The notes beneath the pieces were generated by a model. That model was not told where the DNA came from, did not search any database, and saw only the letters and a list, made by a program, of their open reading frames with translations. Shown piece by piece: positions 1 through 11,737 of a stretch of 64,000 bases of DNA; position 1 is the first letter of the stretch, and the number at the start of each line of letters is the position of its first letter. The translations under genes were made by a program, and so were the position numbers. The stretch covers positions 20,315 through 84,314 of the forward strand of contig JAENYD010000009.1 in assembly GCA_016842005.1 (NCBI GenBank), read 5' to 3'. The stretch is from Clostridium thermobutyricum (GTDB lineage Bacteria; Bacillota; Clostridia; Ch29).

Positions 1-1
1 T

Positions 2-1732
2 GTCTCCAAAAACGCACTGCTGGGTCATAGAAGACTGATAGTGGTGGACCCTGAAGGAGGAGCGCAGCCAATGCCAAAAACCATTGGAGACCGGACATAT
101 ACCATAGTTTATAACGGTGAGCTGTATAATACCGAAGATATCCGCAAGGTCCTCAAAGGGAAGGGATACCGTTTCAATTCATATTCTGATACAGAGGTTC
201 TGCTTACTTCATATATAGAATGGGGTCCCGGCTGCGTGGATTATCTGAACGGAATATATGCATTCGGCATATGGAGTGAATGTGACAAAAGCCTTTTTAT
301 TGCCAGAGACCGGCTGGGGGTCAAGCCGCTATTCTATACCCAGGCAGGGGACAGCTTCATGTTTGCTTCCGAAATCAAAGCACTGATGGCTCACCCGGAC
401 ATTAACCCGGAGATTGACGACCAGGGATTGATGGAGATCTTCGGCCTGGGTCCTGCAAGGTCCCCGGGCTCCGGTGTATTCAGAAATATAAATGAAGTAA
501 AACCCGGATACTGCATTCTTGTAACTCCCTCAGGGTTAAGAGAAAAGCGGTACTGGCAGCTTGAAAGCAAAAAGCATACTGAAGACCTGAAAACTACTAC
601 CGCACATATAAAGTACCTTGTGATGGATGCCATTGAACGTCAGCTGGTCTCGGATGTGCCTGTGTGCACATTTTTATCCGGGGGGCTGGATTCCAGTGCC
701 ATTTCCGCTGTTACAGCCAGGCTCTTTAAAAAGGAAGGTAAGGGAACCTTAAAAACCTATTCAATTGATTATGCGGAAAATGATTTATATTTTAAAGCCA
801 GTGAATTTCAGCCGGATTCAGATGGTATATGGTCAAGACGGATGTCCGACTATATAGGTTCCGAACACTACAATATTGTATTGGATATTCCTGATTTGGC
901 AGCAGCCCTGGATGATGCGGTCAGGGCAAATGACCTGCCCGGGATGGCCGATGTGGACGCTTCCCTGTATCTCTTCTGCAAAGAGATAAGAAAAAATGCC
1001 ACCGTTGCATTGTCCGGAGAATGTGCGGACGAAATTTTCGGGGGATATCCATGGTACAGAAGGCCTGAGGCCATTAATGCAGGTACTTTCCCGTGGTCCA
1101 GGGCTATTGACCAGCGTCTTGACATACTGTCGCCGGAACTTAAGCGCTTGCCTGTGAGGGATTATATAAATTACAGGTATGAAGAGACTTTGAAGGAAGT
1201 TCCCTTCCTGGAAGATGAAAGTTCTGAAGACAGCAGGATGCGTGAGATATTTTACCTGAATCTCAAGTGGTTCATGATAACCCTGCTGAACAGAAAAGAC
1301 CGTATGAGCATGTCCAACGGCCTTGAGGTAAGAGTACCCTTTGCCGACCATCGTATCGTGGAATATACGTGGAATATTCCCATTGATATGAAATTTACCG
1401 GCAACAGGGAAAAAGGCCTCCTGCGACGTGCCCTGACCGGTATGCTCCCTCCCGGAATCCTGAGAAGAAAGAAAAGCCCATATCCCAAGACGCACCATCC
1501 GCAGTATACCAGGATGGTTATTGCCAGAATGAAGGATATACTCGCTGACCCGGCTTCCCCTATCCTGGACCTGATAAATATAGCAAAGGTCTCCGATATA
1601 GTGGCAACCGGCGGTGCAGGGATAAAAGAACCCTGGTTCGGCCAGTTGATGACAGGCCCCCAGATGATTGCTTATCTTATACAGGTTAATACCTGGCTTA
1701 AGCAATACAATGTCAGAATAAATAGTATCTAA
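2..1732 (+). CDS. asnB: Asparagine synthase (glutamine-hydrolysing), 5'-truncated by the window edge
   Basis: Frame is open from position 2 (..LLGHRRLIVVDPEGG..). Motifs YNGELYN, SDTEV, RDRLGVKPL, LSGGLDSS, SGECADEIFGGY, EVRVPF. Confidence 0.93.
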   Translation, partial: VSKNALLGHRRLIVVDPEGGAQPMPKTIGDRTYTIVYNGELYNTEDIRKVLKGKGYRFNSYSDTEVLLTSYIEWGPGCVDYLNGIYAFGIWSECDKSLFIARDRLGVKPLFYTQAGDSFMFASEIKALMAHPDINPEIDDQGLMEIFGLGPARSPGSGVFRNINEVKPGYCILVTPSGLREKRYWQLESKKHTEDLKTTTAHIKYLVMDAIERQLVSDVPVCTFLSGGLDSSAISAVTARLFKKEGKGTLKTYSIDYAENDLYFKASEFQPDSDGIWSRRMSDYIGSEHYNIVLDIPDLAAALDDAVRANDLPGMADVDASLYLFCKEIRKNATVALSGECADEIFGGYPWYRRPEAINAGTFPWSRAIDQRLDILSPELKRLPVRDYINYRYEETLKEVPFLEDESSEDSRMREIFYLNLKWFMITLLNRKDRMSMSNGLEVRVPFADHRIVEYTWNIPIDMKFTGNREKGLLRRALTGMLPPGILRRKKSPYPKTHHPQYTRMVIARMKDILADPASPILDLINIAKVSDIVATGGAGIKEPWFGQLMTGPQMIAYLIQVNTWLKQYNVRINSI

Positions 1733-1746
1733 TATGGATTTAGCTA

Positions 1747-1774
1747 TTGCATATTTATAAATATTGTGTATAAT
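1747..1774 (+). promoter_or_regulatory. SigA-type promoter upstream of glnA
   Basis: TTGCAT(1747-1752)-16 nt-TATAAT(1769-1774). Confidence 0.55.
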
Positions 1775-1797
1775 ATTAATATAGTTGAATATCTGTC

Positions 1798-1855
1798 CGG
1801 GCAATGGCGTCCGCAGTAAAAAGGTATATATCCCTTTTACTTGTGGACGTTTTTT
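1798..1855 (+). promoter_or_regulatory. glnA leader attenuator: intrinsic terminator overlapped by an ANTAR-like hexaloop hairpin
   Basis: Hairpin CGGGC-AATGGC-GTCCG (1798-1813; loop A1/G4) overlaps the 5' arm of the terminator GCGTCCGCA GTAAAAAGG..CCTTTTAC T TGTGGACGT followed by a T-tract (1807-1855). Confidence 0.6.
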
Positions 1856-1894
1856 ATTTTGTATATTTAACAAACATAAAGGAGGAATCACAGC

Positions 1895-3229
1895 ATGACC
1901 AGGAAAATGAGCAAGGAAGACGTTTTAAAAAAGGCAAAGGAGCTGGATGTACAGTTTATTCACCTGCAGTTCACCGACATACTGGGGGTAATGAAGAATG
2001 TGGCCATAACTATTGAACAGCTGGATAAGGCCCTGAACAACGAGATAATGTTTGACGGTTCTTCCATTGACGGCTTTGTACGAATAGAAGAATCCGACAT
2101 GTACCTGAGACCCGACCCGTCAACATTCATGGTATATCCATGGGCTGCCCCGGTTAAAGAAGCAAGGCTCATATGCGATGTATACGACAAGGACAACAAG
2201 CCCTTCACAGGATGTCCCAGAAATATCCTGAAGCAAGTGCTGAAAGAAGCGAAAGATATGGGTTTCATAATGAATGCAGGTCCGGAATGCGAATTTTTCC
2301 TCTTCCAGACCGATGAAAAAGGGAACCCATCCCTGGAAACCCAGGATAATGCGGGATACTTTGACCTTGCCCCGGTGGACCTCGGGGAAAGCGCCCGGAG
2401 GGATATGGTGTTAACCCTGAAGCAAATGGGCTTTGAAATAGAGGCATCCCACCATGAAGTAGCCCCTGGCCAGCATGAGATTGATTTCAAATATGACGAT
2501 GCGCTGACCACCGCCGACAACATCATGACCTTCAAGATGACAGTAAGGACTATTGCCCAGCGGCACGGTCTGCATGCCACATTTATGCCCAAACCTATTT
2601 TCGGCATTAATGGGTCGGGGATGCACACCAACCTGTCCCTGGCCACCCTAGACGGGAAAAATGCCTTTTACGATGAAAAGGGAGAGCTGCAACTATCTGA
2701 TATAGCCTTCCACTTCCTTGGTGGAGTGCTTAAATATGCCAGGGCCTTTGCCGCCATTACCAATCCCACCGTAAATTCGTACAAAAGGCTGGTGCCGGGA
2801 TATGAAGCCCCTGTTTACATCGCATGGTCGGCTTCCAATAGGAGCCCCCTTGTAAGGATACCGGCAAAAAGGGGAAATTCCACCAGGCTTGAGCTGAGAA
2901 ACCCGGACCCCTCAGCAAACCCCTACCTTGCCATGGCGGTTATCCTGAAAGCGGGTCTTGACGGCATAAAGAACAAAATCCAGCCCCCTGCCCCTGTGAA
3001 CAGCAACATTTACCACATGAACGAGCTGGATAGAGAGGAAAAGGGTATACAGAGCCTTCCCGGCAGCCTGTTTGAGGCACTCAAGGAACTGTCAGGTTGC
3101 GAACTCATCAAATCGGCCCTGGGACCCCACATTTATAACCGGTTTGTTGAAGCAGCCATGATAGAGTGGAATGAATACAGGACCAGAGTAACCAAATGGG
3201 AAATAGAGAAATATCTCACCAAGTTCTAG
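1895..3229 (+). CDS. glnA: Glutamine synthetase type I (GSI-alpha)
   Basis: 444 aa; [50 protein letters not shown]; RBS AAGGAGG. Confidence 0.97.
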   Translation: MTRKMSKEDVLKKAKELDVQFIHLQFTDILGVMKNVAITIEQLDKALNNEIMFDGSSIDGFVRIEESDMYLRPDPSTFMVYPWAAPVKEARLICDVYDKDNKPFTGCPRNILKQVLKEAKDMGFIMNAGPECEFFLFQTDEKGNPSLETQDNAGYFDLAPVDLGESARRDMVLTLKQMGFEIEASHHEVAPGQHEIDFKYDDALTTADNIMTFKMTVRTIAQRHGLHATFMPKPIFGINGSGMHTNLSLATLDGKNAFYDEKGELQLSDIAFHFLGGVLKYARAFAAITNPTVNSYKRLVPGYEAPVYIAWSASNRSPLVRIPAKRGNSTRLELRNPDPSANPYLAMAVILKAGLDGIKNKIQPPAPVNSNIYHMNELDREEKGIQSLPGSLFEALKELSGCELIKSALGPHIYNRFVEAAMIEWNEYRTRVTKWEIEKYLTKF

Positions 3230-3230
3230 T

Positions 3231-3363
3231 ATAAACAGGATTCTATGCTTCAGGTGGAGTGTTAACCCCATCTGAAGCATAGAATATGTTATCCCGGGAC
3301 GTAGCGCCCCTTATCTGCCACCTAAGAGGATGGATGTATTGGTGGCGGTAGTCATCTGATAAA
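3231..3363. repeat. Dispersed ~135-nt structured repeat, copy 1
   Basis: ATAAACAGGATTC..GCTTCAGGTGG..CCATCTGAAGC..GTTATCC..GACGTAGCGCC..CTTATCT..GGCGGTAGTCATCTGATAAA; aligns by eye with 25125-25259 and 41083-41218. Confidence 0.85.
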
Positions 3364-3365
3364 TC

Positions 3366-3415
3366 ATAAAAAAAGCCCTGATTATTATATTCCCCTTCAC
3401 CAGGGCTTTTTTTAT
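3366..3415. terminator. Bidirectional intrinsic terminator between convergent glnA and the AEC transporter gene
   Basis: ATAAAAAAAGCCCTG-20 nt-CAGGGCTTTTTTTAT inverted repeat with A/T tracts on both sides. Confidence 0.75.
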
Positions 3416-3446
3416 TTCCCGCAGCATTACCGGCTTCTATTTCCCT

Positions 3447-4391
3447 CTAAATCATGCTCAACAGTATTCCGTACAGCGGTATAACAAACATACTTACCAG
3501 GGTTGAGACACTGAACCCCACCGCTGCATATTCACAATCCCCTTCATATGCCTGTGCAACAATGGTACTCTGAGCCATAACCGGCATAGACGCTTCCATT
3601 ACAAATACCCTGGTCATAAGCTGGGGCGCGGAAAAATAGTATGACAGACCAAGGACCAGTAAAGGACAGAACAAAAATCTCCCTATCAGCAGTACGGTTA
3701 CATCTGTGCTCAGCCTGATTTTTCCGGGCCCTATACTGTAAATTATGATGCCTATAAATATCATGGACAGTGGAGTGGTCATGCTCCCTATGTACCTTGC
3801 AGTATCCATGACAAACTCCGGTGGCCGGATCTCCGATACAATAAAAACAATAGCAACCAAAAATCCCATTAATGGAGGCGAAAAGATTTTTCTTAATGTT
3901 TCAGCAACAGATATTGTTTTCGCCTTTTCCCTGCTGCTACGTCGAATAGAATATATGCCGATGGTCCAGAACAAGGTAGTGTTAGCAATATAATAAAGCA
4001 GTACCAAAGGAACACTTTCATCTCCGAACAACGCCAGATTTACAGGCAATCCTATAAAAACAGTATTGGAAAAAACAAACATGGCCTGGAAAATACCCCG
4101 CCTCTCAGGCTCCATCTTCAGTAACTTTGCCAGAATTACAGCAATCCCGTAGGAGAGAATCATGCCTGCAAGGGGAATAATCAGTCCTCTGCCTGAACTC
4201 ACCAAATTCTCTTTGCTCAGGGTATTAAGAATATTCCAGAACATGAAAACAGGCAGTGAAACGTAAAGGATTAATCTCGAAAATAATTCGGATGCATTCC
4301 GGTCAAACCACTTTTTATAGGATAAAAAATAACCTGTGCCAATCATCAGTGCAATAGTCAATATGCTCTGTACCGCATCTGTTGCAGCCAC
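3447..4391 (-). CDS. AEC family (auxin efflux carrier / malate permease-like) transporter
   Basis: 314 aa, highly hydrophobic; FSNTVFIGLPV, TPLSMIFIG and SMP..STIVAQAY motifs typical of AEC carriers. Confidence 0.85.
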   Translation of the reverse strand: MAATDAVQSILTIALMIGTGYFLSYKKWFDRNASELFSRLILYVSLPVFMFWNILNTLSKENLVSSGRGLIIPLAGMILSYGIAVILAKLLKMEPERRGIFQAMFVFSNTVFIGLPVNLALFGDESVPLVLLYYIANTTLFWTIGIYSIRRSSREKAKTISVAETLRKIFSPPLMGFLVAIVFIVSEIRPPEFVMDTARYIGSMTTPLSMIFIGIIIYSIGPGKIRLSTDVTVLLIGRFLFCPLLVLGLSYYFSAPQLMTRVFVMEASMPVMAQSTIVAQAYEGDCEYAAVGFSVSTLVSMFVIPLYGILLSMI

Positions 4392-4493
4392 TATTCAGTC
4401 CCCTTCCTGTAAACTAATCTAAAATATACTTGTTCACCACTTCGATATATCTATAATAATACCATAAATGTCAAGAGCAAAAATTGTCAAAAC

Positions 4494-4547
4494 TGTCAAG
4501 GGGACGGTTCTTCTGACAACGTTGTCAGAAGAACCGTCCCCTTGACA
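4494..4547. repeat. Perfect 54-bp palindrome (REP-like element), copy A
   Basis: TGTCAAGGGGACGGTTCTTCTGACAAC followed directly by its reverse complement (27-bp arms, no spacer), then a partial ATCCCCTTGA repeat. Confidence 0.9.
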
Positions 4548-4564
4548 ATCCCCTTGATATCTTT

Positions 4565-5815
4565 CTATATCCTGTATACCTTGCCGCCCAGGCTTTGGAA
4601 TTTCTTCTCAATATCGGTATAACCCCTATCGATATGGTACACGTCAGTTATCTCGGTTCTCCCCCGGGCCGCCAGCCCCGCAAGAATAAGGGCTGCACCC
4701 GCCCGCAGGTCTGTAGCCTTCACCGGGGCACCGGTAAGCTCAGGAATACCCTGCACCACGGCGCTTCTGCCATCAATCTTTATATTTGCCCCCATTCTCC
4801 TTAATTCGTTCACGTGCATAAATCTATTATCAAAAACAGTTTCTATTATTACGCTTGTTCCCCGCGCCACACTCATCAGGGCCATCATCTGCGCCTGCAT
4901 ATCCGTAGGGAAGCCTGCATAAGGCAAAGTTTTAATGTCAACGGCCTTTACCCTTTCGGGTGCATATACCCTGAGCCCGTTTTCCACTTCCTGTATTATT
5001 ACCCCTGCTTCCTTCAGTTTTGCTATAACCGACATAAGGTGATTTATGACAACGTTTTCCACTATGATATCTCCCCTGGTTATAGCGGCAGCAACCATGT
5101 AAGTACCCGCCTCAACCCTGTCGGGAATTACTGTATGAGTGCACCCTTTAAGTTCTTTTACCCCGTCAATCTTTACGGTATCAGTACCTGCACCTTTAAC
5201 GCAGCCACCCATCTTATTTATAAAGGTTGCCAGGTCCACTATTTCCGGTTCCTCGGCAGCATTCTCTATAACGGTTCTACCCTCCGCCAGAGCGGCTGCC
5301 ATCATTATATTCTCGGTGGCGCCCACGCTGGGAAAATCAAGATATACCCTGTCTCCCTTAAGCTTTTTGGCACTGGCCTCAATATACCCGTGCCCCATTG
5401 TTATCTCAGCCCCCAGGGCACTAAAGCCTTTAAGGTGCAGGTCGATAGGACGGGTTCCTATGGCACATCCTCCCGGGAATGATATCCTTGCCTTGCCCAT
5501 CCGTGCCAGTAATGGACCCAGAACTAAAAAAGAAGCTCTCATTCGTCTCACCAGCTCATAGGGAGCTTCGTAATTATCTATATTTCTGGAGTTGACTTCC
5601 ATCCGCATATTGGACAATTTCTTGATATCCGCACCTAATGAAACCAGTACCTCACTCATCACTTCAACATCATTGAGAAAGGGTATGTCTTCAAGTATAC
5701 ATTTCTGACCCGAAAGCAAACTGGCTGCTATCACAGGGAGTACTGCATTCTTTGCGCCACTTATCCTGACAGTCCCCCTAAGCGGAGGACTGGATTCTAC
5801 AACTATCTTAGACAC
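4565..5815 (-). CDS. murA: UDP-N-acetylglucosamine 1-carboxyvinyltransferase
   Basis: [25 protein letters not shown] (catalytic Cys), SVGATEN, GFPTDMQ, DLRAGA, HIDRGY. Confidence 0.97.
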   Translation of the reverse strand: MSKIVVESSPPLRGTVRISGAKNAVLPVIAASLLSGQKCILEDIPFLNDVEVMSEVLVSLGADIKKLSNMRMEVNSRNIDNYEAPYELVRRMRASFLVLGPLLARMGKARISFPGGCAIGTRPIDLHLKGFSALGAEITMGHGYIEASAKKLKGDRVYLDFPSVGATENIMMAAALAEGRTVIENAAEEPEIVDLATFINKMGGCVKGAGTDTVKIDGVKELKGCTHTVIPDRVEAGTYMVAAAITRGDIIVENVVINHLMSVIAKLKEAGVIIQEVENGLRVYAPERVKAVDIKTLPYAGFPTDMQAQMMALMSVARGTSVIIETVFDNRFMHVNELRRMGANIKIDGRSAVVQGIPELTGAPVKATDLRAGAALILAGLAARGRTEITDVYHIDRGYTDIEKKFQSLGGKVYRI

Positions 5816-5843
5816 CTTCTATCCTCCCGTCCTGCTGAATATA

Positions 5844-6629
5844 CTAGTATTCCAGAGATATTACCGGTGAACCAATCCATATATATGTCTTCCCTTCATA
5901 CGAATTATACCTCATCGCAATGTTGATATTTACCTTATCCTCTCCTATTTTCAGGTAATCTGCGATTTTTGGGGTGTAGCCGGATACACTTATCATATCA
6001 TCATAAATCGCATTTTCAACTTCCCGGGCATGGATTCTTTCCATTATGGCACTTATTATTCCGGTGGCCTGACTGGCCGGGACCCTGTCCTCATAGCTCC
6101 CCACTATACAGGATGTGACCCTTGCACCCTTGATAAAATGCTCAACCGCTTTCTCTGCCTTCTTGCTTATCCCGGCTATATCTTCATAATCCCCGTTAAC
6201 CGAGATATCCATGACAATATTGGTCTCAACACCTTCCTCCCCCTCCAGGTTGTTGAAATTCACCGAATGCCCTATTATAACCAGATTATGTCCCCTATCA
6301 TTATCTCCTGTCAGGGTAACCTGATTGTAATCCCCTCCAAACTGCTCATTCCGTTCACAATTGTTTGCATCCATTCCCATTTCATCAGCCAGGACTTTTA
6401 CTATGCCTGTTAACTCCTCTTTCCCCAGAAACATATCCTGGGTGGTGGAATAAACGTTAATGTTGGATTCTACCGCTTTTGCCCCCGATGCCTGAAAGGC
6501 TTCAACAATCACATTGCCACCCCTGTAATAATTAAAGGCAAAACTGGCAGGAAACAGGATGAATGCAGCCGTCAGCAGCATTACCAACAGAATAAACCCG
6601 TAAAGATAATAAATTTTTTTCACGAACAA
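5844..6629 (-). CDS. YwmB-family (TATA-box-binding-like) exported protein
   Basis: N-terminal signal/TM segment; C-terminal SVSGYTPKI..KVNINIAMRY..TYIWIGSPVISLEY; usual position next to murA and atpC. Confidence 0.75.
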   Translation of the reverse strand: MFVKKIYYLYGFILLVMLLTAAFILFPASFAFNYYRGGNVIVEAFQASGAKAVESNINVYSTTQDMFLGKEELTGIVKVLADEMGMDANNCERNEQFGGDYNQVTLTGDNDRGHNLVIIGHSVNFNNLEGEEGVETNIVMDISVNGDYEDIAGISKKAEKAVEHFIKGARVTSCIVGSYEDRVPASQATGIISAIMERIHAREVENAIYDDMISVSGYTPKIADYLKIGEDKVNINIAMRYNSYEGKTYIWIGSPVISLEY

Positions 6630-6816
6630 TACCTCCCGGTAACAATCTTTTCTGGATTATTTCCATATTCCGGGAGCAGTATACCCGGATATTCCGTACA
6701 AACTTATTATTTCTAAAGCAATCCGGGCTATATACGCATGATAATCATGTAATACTTTCCTCAGCGGGCGTCTAATTATGAATTTTACTGCTTATTTAAA
6801 AAATTGTCAATATTTT

Positions 6817-7239
6817 TCATCCATTTCTGAGAGTGTTGGCGACCCGTATACGGGTTAAAGCCCTCTGAAGAGAAAGCCTTGCCCTCAATACGTCTATGTC
6901 GTCCCTGTCCTGCTGCCCCAGTCTCTCCTCAGCCCTTTCCCGGGCCCTTTGGGCCCTGTCTACGTCAATCTCTCCAGGCCATTCAGCCGCATCCACCAGA
7001 ATAGTGACTTCTTCGGGCATCACTTCCATCAATCCCTGGGCAACAGAGGCTTTCCTGCTTTCATCCTCCCCCGTTCTTATTGTAAGGACACCGGGAACCA
7101 GCGGTGTAACCAGGGGACTATGGTCATACAAAATACCCAGATAGCCTTCCCAACCTTTTACCGTAACACCTGCCACATCTCCCGAAAAAAACGTTTTCTC
7201 CGGCGTCAGAACCCGCAGTTTAATATTCTTCAAGACCAA
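6817..7239 (-). CDS. atpC: F1 ATP synthase epsilon subunit
   Basis: LRVLTPEK, GYLGILYDHSP, ILVDAAEWPGEIDVDRA, C-terminal helical hairpin. Confidence 0.95.
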   Translation of the reverse strand: MVLKNIKLRVLTPEKTFFSGDVAGVTVKGWEGYLGILYDHSPLVTPLVPGVLTIRTGEDESRKASVAQGLMEVMPEEVTILVDAAEWPGEIDVDRAQRARERAEERLGQQDRDDIDVLRARLSLQRALTRIRVANTLRNG

Positions 7240-7275
7240 AAACTCTCCCTCCGACTATCAGACCTACCAAGGGAT

Positions 7276-7362
7276 TGTCAGGGGGACGGTTCTTCTGACA
7301 ACATTGTCAGAAGAACCGTCCCCCTGACATCGAAGAACCGTCCCCCTGACATCCCCCTGACA
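7276..7362. repeat. REP-like palindrome, copy B, with nested partial tandem duplications, between atpD and atpC
   Basis: 26-bp perfect arms TGTCAGGGGGACGGTTCTTCTGACAA (7276-7301) and 7304-7329 with a 2-nt loop; then GAAGAACCGTCCCCCTGACA (7332-7351) and TCCCCCTGACA (7352-7362). Confidence 0.9.
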
Positions 7363-7365
7363 GCC

Positions 7366-8766
<1,401 letters not shown>

Positions 8767-9633
8767 TTACTTTAAAGCCTCCGCCCCGCCCACTATTTCG
8801 GATATTTCCCTGGTAATAAGCTCCTGGCGGGCCCTGTTGTAGGACAGGACAAGCTGGTCTATCATGTCATTGGCATTATCGGTGGCAGCATCCATAGCTA
8901 TCCGCCTGGCTGCCTGCTCGCTCACCGACGCCTCTATCATCGCCCCGTATACAGCACTCTGAATGTAACTGGGGACTAAAATATCTATTACCTCTTCGGA
9001 GGAAGGCTCGTAGACCATCAGATCGGCCATCTGTTCCCCGGCTTCCTTGCCGTCATGGGATACAGGGACAGGAACCAGGGTCAGTATCTCCGGCTTCTGG
9101 GAGATGGTGGTTATAAATCTTGTATACGCCAGGTTTATCTTCTGTACTTTCCCCCCTCTGAACAACTCCAGGGCGATCCGCGCTATCTCTGCCGCATCGG
9201 CAAAACCCGGTTTTTCGGAAATATGTATGAATTCCCTGAATACCTCGTATCCCCTTCTTATTAAATAATCCCGTCCTTTCCCTCCCGCCACCACAAAGGT
9301 GTAGTCCCGTTCTTTTCCCAGACGGGACAGGACCGACTTAATCAGATTGATATTATATCCCCCGCAGAGACCCCTGTCCGAAGTTATGACAATGTACAGT
9401 TCATTCCTGACATCGTCGGCCTGCAAGAAAGGGTGTCTGACATTACCGCTGTGCCCGGCAATATCCCGGATGGTACTTAAAGTCTTTTCAAAATAGCTGC
9501 GGGAGGCATCATACCTGCTCCTTGCCCTCCTCAGTTTTGCAGCGGCCACAAGACCCATCCCCCGTGTGATCTGACGGGTGTTCTTTATGCTTTTTATTCT
9601 CCTCTTGATATCTCTCATTCCGCTTTCCGCCAT
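8767..9633 (-). CDS. atpG: F1 ATP synthase gamma subunit
   Basis: IKRRIKSIKNTRQIT, SDRGLCGGYN, AMDAATDNA, YNRARQELITREISEIVGGA. Confidence 0.97.
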   Translation of the reverse strand: MAESGMRDIKRRIKSIKNTRQITRGMGLVAAAKLRRARSRYDASRSYFEKTLSTIRDIAGHSGNVRHPFLQADDVRNELYIVITSDRGLCGGYNINLIKSVLSRLGKERDYTFVVAGGKGRDYLIRRGYEVFREFIHISEKPGFADAAEIARIALELFRGGKVQKINLAYTRFITTISQKPEILTLVPVPVSHDGKEAGEQMADLMVYEPSSEEVIDILVPSYIQSAVYGAMIEASVSEQAARRIAMDAATDNANDMIDQLVLSYNRARQELITREISEIVGGAEALK

Positions 9634-9669
9634 TCAGTAGCACCTATCTTTCCGTGTCAGTCCGGGTTT

Positions 9670-11175
9670 TCAATTCCAGCTCTTCTTATAATCCTCCACT
9701 GCTTTTTTCAGTTCCTCTTCGGTATGCTCCGCAAATTCGCCGGTTTCCCTTATACTTTTGCATATCTCAGGGTGGTGGTTCCTCATGAACTCCAGTAACC
9801 CCCTTTCAAAGTCCTTGACTTTTTCGAGGGGTATGTCCTCCAGGTAGTCATTGGATACTGCATAAATGATAATCACCTGGTCCTCCACCTTCATAGTCTG
9901 GTACTGGTCCTGCTTGAGAACCTCCACTATCCTCTGCCCTTTATCCAGTCTTCTCCTGGTCTCCCTGTCCAGTTCGGAACCGAATTGTGCAAAGGCCTCC
10001 AGTTCCCTGTACTGGGCCAGCTGCAGCCGCAGCTCTCCCGCCACCTTTTTCATGGCCTTTATCTGTGCGGCGCCGCCCACCCGTGAGACAGACAATCCCG
10101 CATTCACAGCGGGGCGGACACCGGCATAAAACAGTTCGCTTTCCAGGTATATCTGCCCGTCGGTAATTGATATCACATTGGTGGGGATATATGCCGATAC
10201 GTCCCCAGCCTGGGTTTCTATCAGCGGCAGGGCTGTAAGGGAGCCCCCGCCCAGGTCGTCGTTCAGCTTTGCCGCCCGCTCCAGCAGCCGGGAATGAAGA
10301 TAGAACACGTCTCCCGGATAGGCCTCCCTGGCCGGCGGCCGTCTCAGAAGCAGGGACATGGCTCTGTAGGCCACTGCATGCTTGGACAGGTCGTCATATA
10401 CAATCAGCACATCCTTACCCCGGTACATCAGCTCCTCTCCCATGGCGCATCCCGCATAGGGAGCCAAATACTGAAGGGCGTTGGGCTGGCTGGCTGTGGC
10501 CGAGACCACTATGGTATAATCCATTGCCCCCCACTCCTCAAGGGTATTGACTATCTGTGCCACGGTAGAGGCCTTCTGTCCTATGGCCACATATATGCAT
10601 ATGACATTCTGGTCTTTCTGGTTGAGAATTGTATCAACCGCAATGGCAGTCTTCCCTGTCTGCCGATCACCTATGATCAGTTCCCGCTGGCCTCTCCCTA
10701 TGGGTACCATGGCGTCTATGGCTTTTATCCCCGTCTGCAGTGGCTGACTGACCGATTTCCTTTCTATCACGCCCGGGGCGGGGTATTCCACCGGCCTGGT
10801 CCTGCCGGTATCTGTGGGCCCCTTGCCGTCAAGGGGTTGCCCCAGGGCATTAACCACCCTCCCTTTCAGCTCTTCCCCGACGGGTACCTCCACCACCCTG
10901 CCGGTTTTTTTGACTGTATCCCCTTCTTTTATGTGATCGTCAGACCCCAGAAGCACACAGCCTATATTCTCCTCCTCAAGATTTAAGGCCATTCCATACA
11001 CATTACCGGGGAACTCCAGCAGCTCTCCCGCCATACAGCTTTCCAGACCGTATACCCTGGCAATGCCGTCTCCTACCTGCAGAACAGTGCCCACCTCTTC
11101 CCTTCTGAGCACCCCTGTATAATTTACAATCTGCTGTTTTATTATATGGCTCATTTCCTCAGGCCTGAGCATCAT
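9670..11175 (-). CDS. atpA: F1 ATP synthase alpha subunit
   Basis: [48 protein letters not shown]. Confidence 0.98.
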   Translation of the reverse strand: MMLRPEEMSHIIKQQIVNYTGVLRREEVGTVLQVGDGIARVYGLESCMAGELLEFPGNVYGMALNLEEENIGCVLLGSDDHIKEGDTVKKTGRVVEVPVGEELKGRVVNALGQPLDGKGPTDTGRTRPVEYPAPGVIERKSVSQPLQTGIKAIDAMVPIGRGQRELIIGDRQTGKTAIAVDTILNQKDQNVICIYVAIGQKASTVAQIVNTLEEWGAMDYTIVVSATASQPNALQYLAPYAGCAMGEELMYRGKDVLIVYDDLSKHAVAYRAMSLLLRRPPAREAYPGDVFYLHSRLLERAAKLNDDLGGGSLTALPLIETQAGDVSAYIPTNVISITDGQIYLESELFYAGVRPAVNAGLSVSRVGGAAQIKAMKKVAGELRLQLAQYRELEAFAQFGSELDRETRRRLDKGQRIVEVLKQDQYQTMKVEDQVIIIYAVSNDYLEDIPLEKVKDFERGLLEFMRNHHPEICKSIRETGEFAEHTEEELKKAVEDYKKSWN

Positions 11176-11737
11176 AACTCGGTACCACCTCAGCTTCCTG
11201 TAGTTTTGCCTTTTTCATGTGCTGTTTCAATTCATCCAGCCTGCCCTGCAGACTCCCGTCCAGCAGTACGTTGCCCGCCTTCACCTTAATCCCTCCCAGG
11301 ATTCCACGGTCTATCCGGTTCTCTATAATGACGGTTTTATTCAAGGCCCGGGACAGATTCTCCCGCAGCATATCTTTTTCTTTTTCCTCTAGCAATTCCA
11401 CGGTATACACCCGGGCTTTTACAATATTCCGTTCCCTGTCCCCCAGCCGGATAAACAGCCGCAATATGTCCTGCAGCCTGCCCTGCCGCTCCCTGTCTAT
11501 CAGGAGCAGGATAAAGTTCAGCAGTTCGCCTTCCAGTTCCCCGCCTATAAGGTTTTGGATAAATTCTTTCTTTCTTGACGTGCTTATTTGCGGAGAATTG
11601 AGAAGTACTTCCAGGTCCTCCGTTTCTTCCAGAAGCTTCAGCAGTTCCCCCGACTGGGACTGGAGAATTTCTATTTTCCCTTTTTCCCGGGCTGCCTCCA
11701 GCAAGGCCCGGGCATATTTCAGGTCCACTCCGCTCAC
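11159..11737 (-). CDS. atpH: F1 ATP synthase delta subunit
   Basis: [40 protein letters not shown]. Confidence 0.93.
   Translation of the reverse strand: MSGVDLKYARALLEAAREKGKIEILQSQSGELLKLLEETEDLEVLLNSPQISTSRKKEFIQNLIGGELEGELLNFILLLIDRERQGRLQDILRLFIRLGDRERNIVKARVYTVELLEEKEKDMLRENLSRALNKTVIIENRIDRGILGGIKVKAGNVLLDGSLQGRLDELKQHMKKAKLQEAEVVPSYDAQA

Noticed and set aside
3231-3363. 135-nt element as a tRNA, T-box or metabolite riboswitch
   Set aside because: No cloverleaf or T-box consensus; it occurs 3' of one gene and 5' of or between unrelated genes, in differing orientation relative to transcription.
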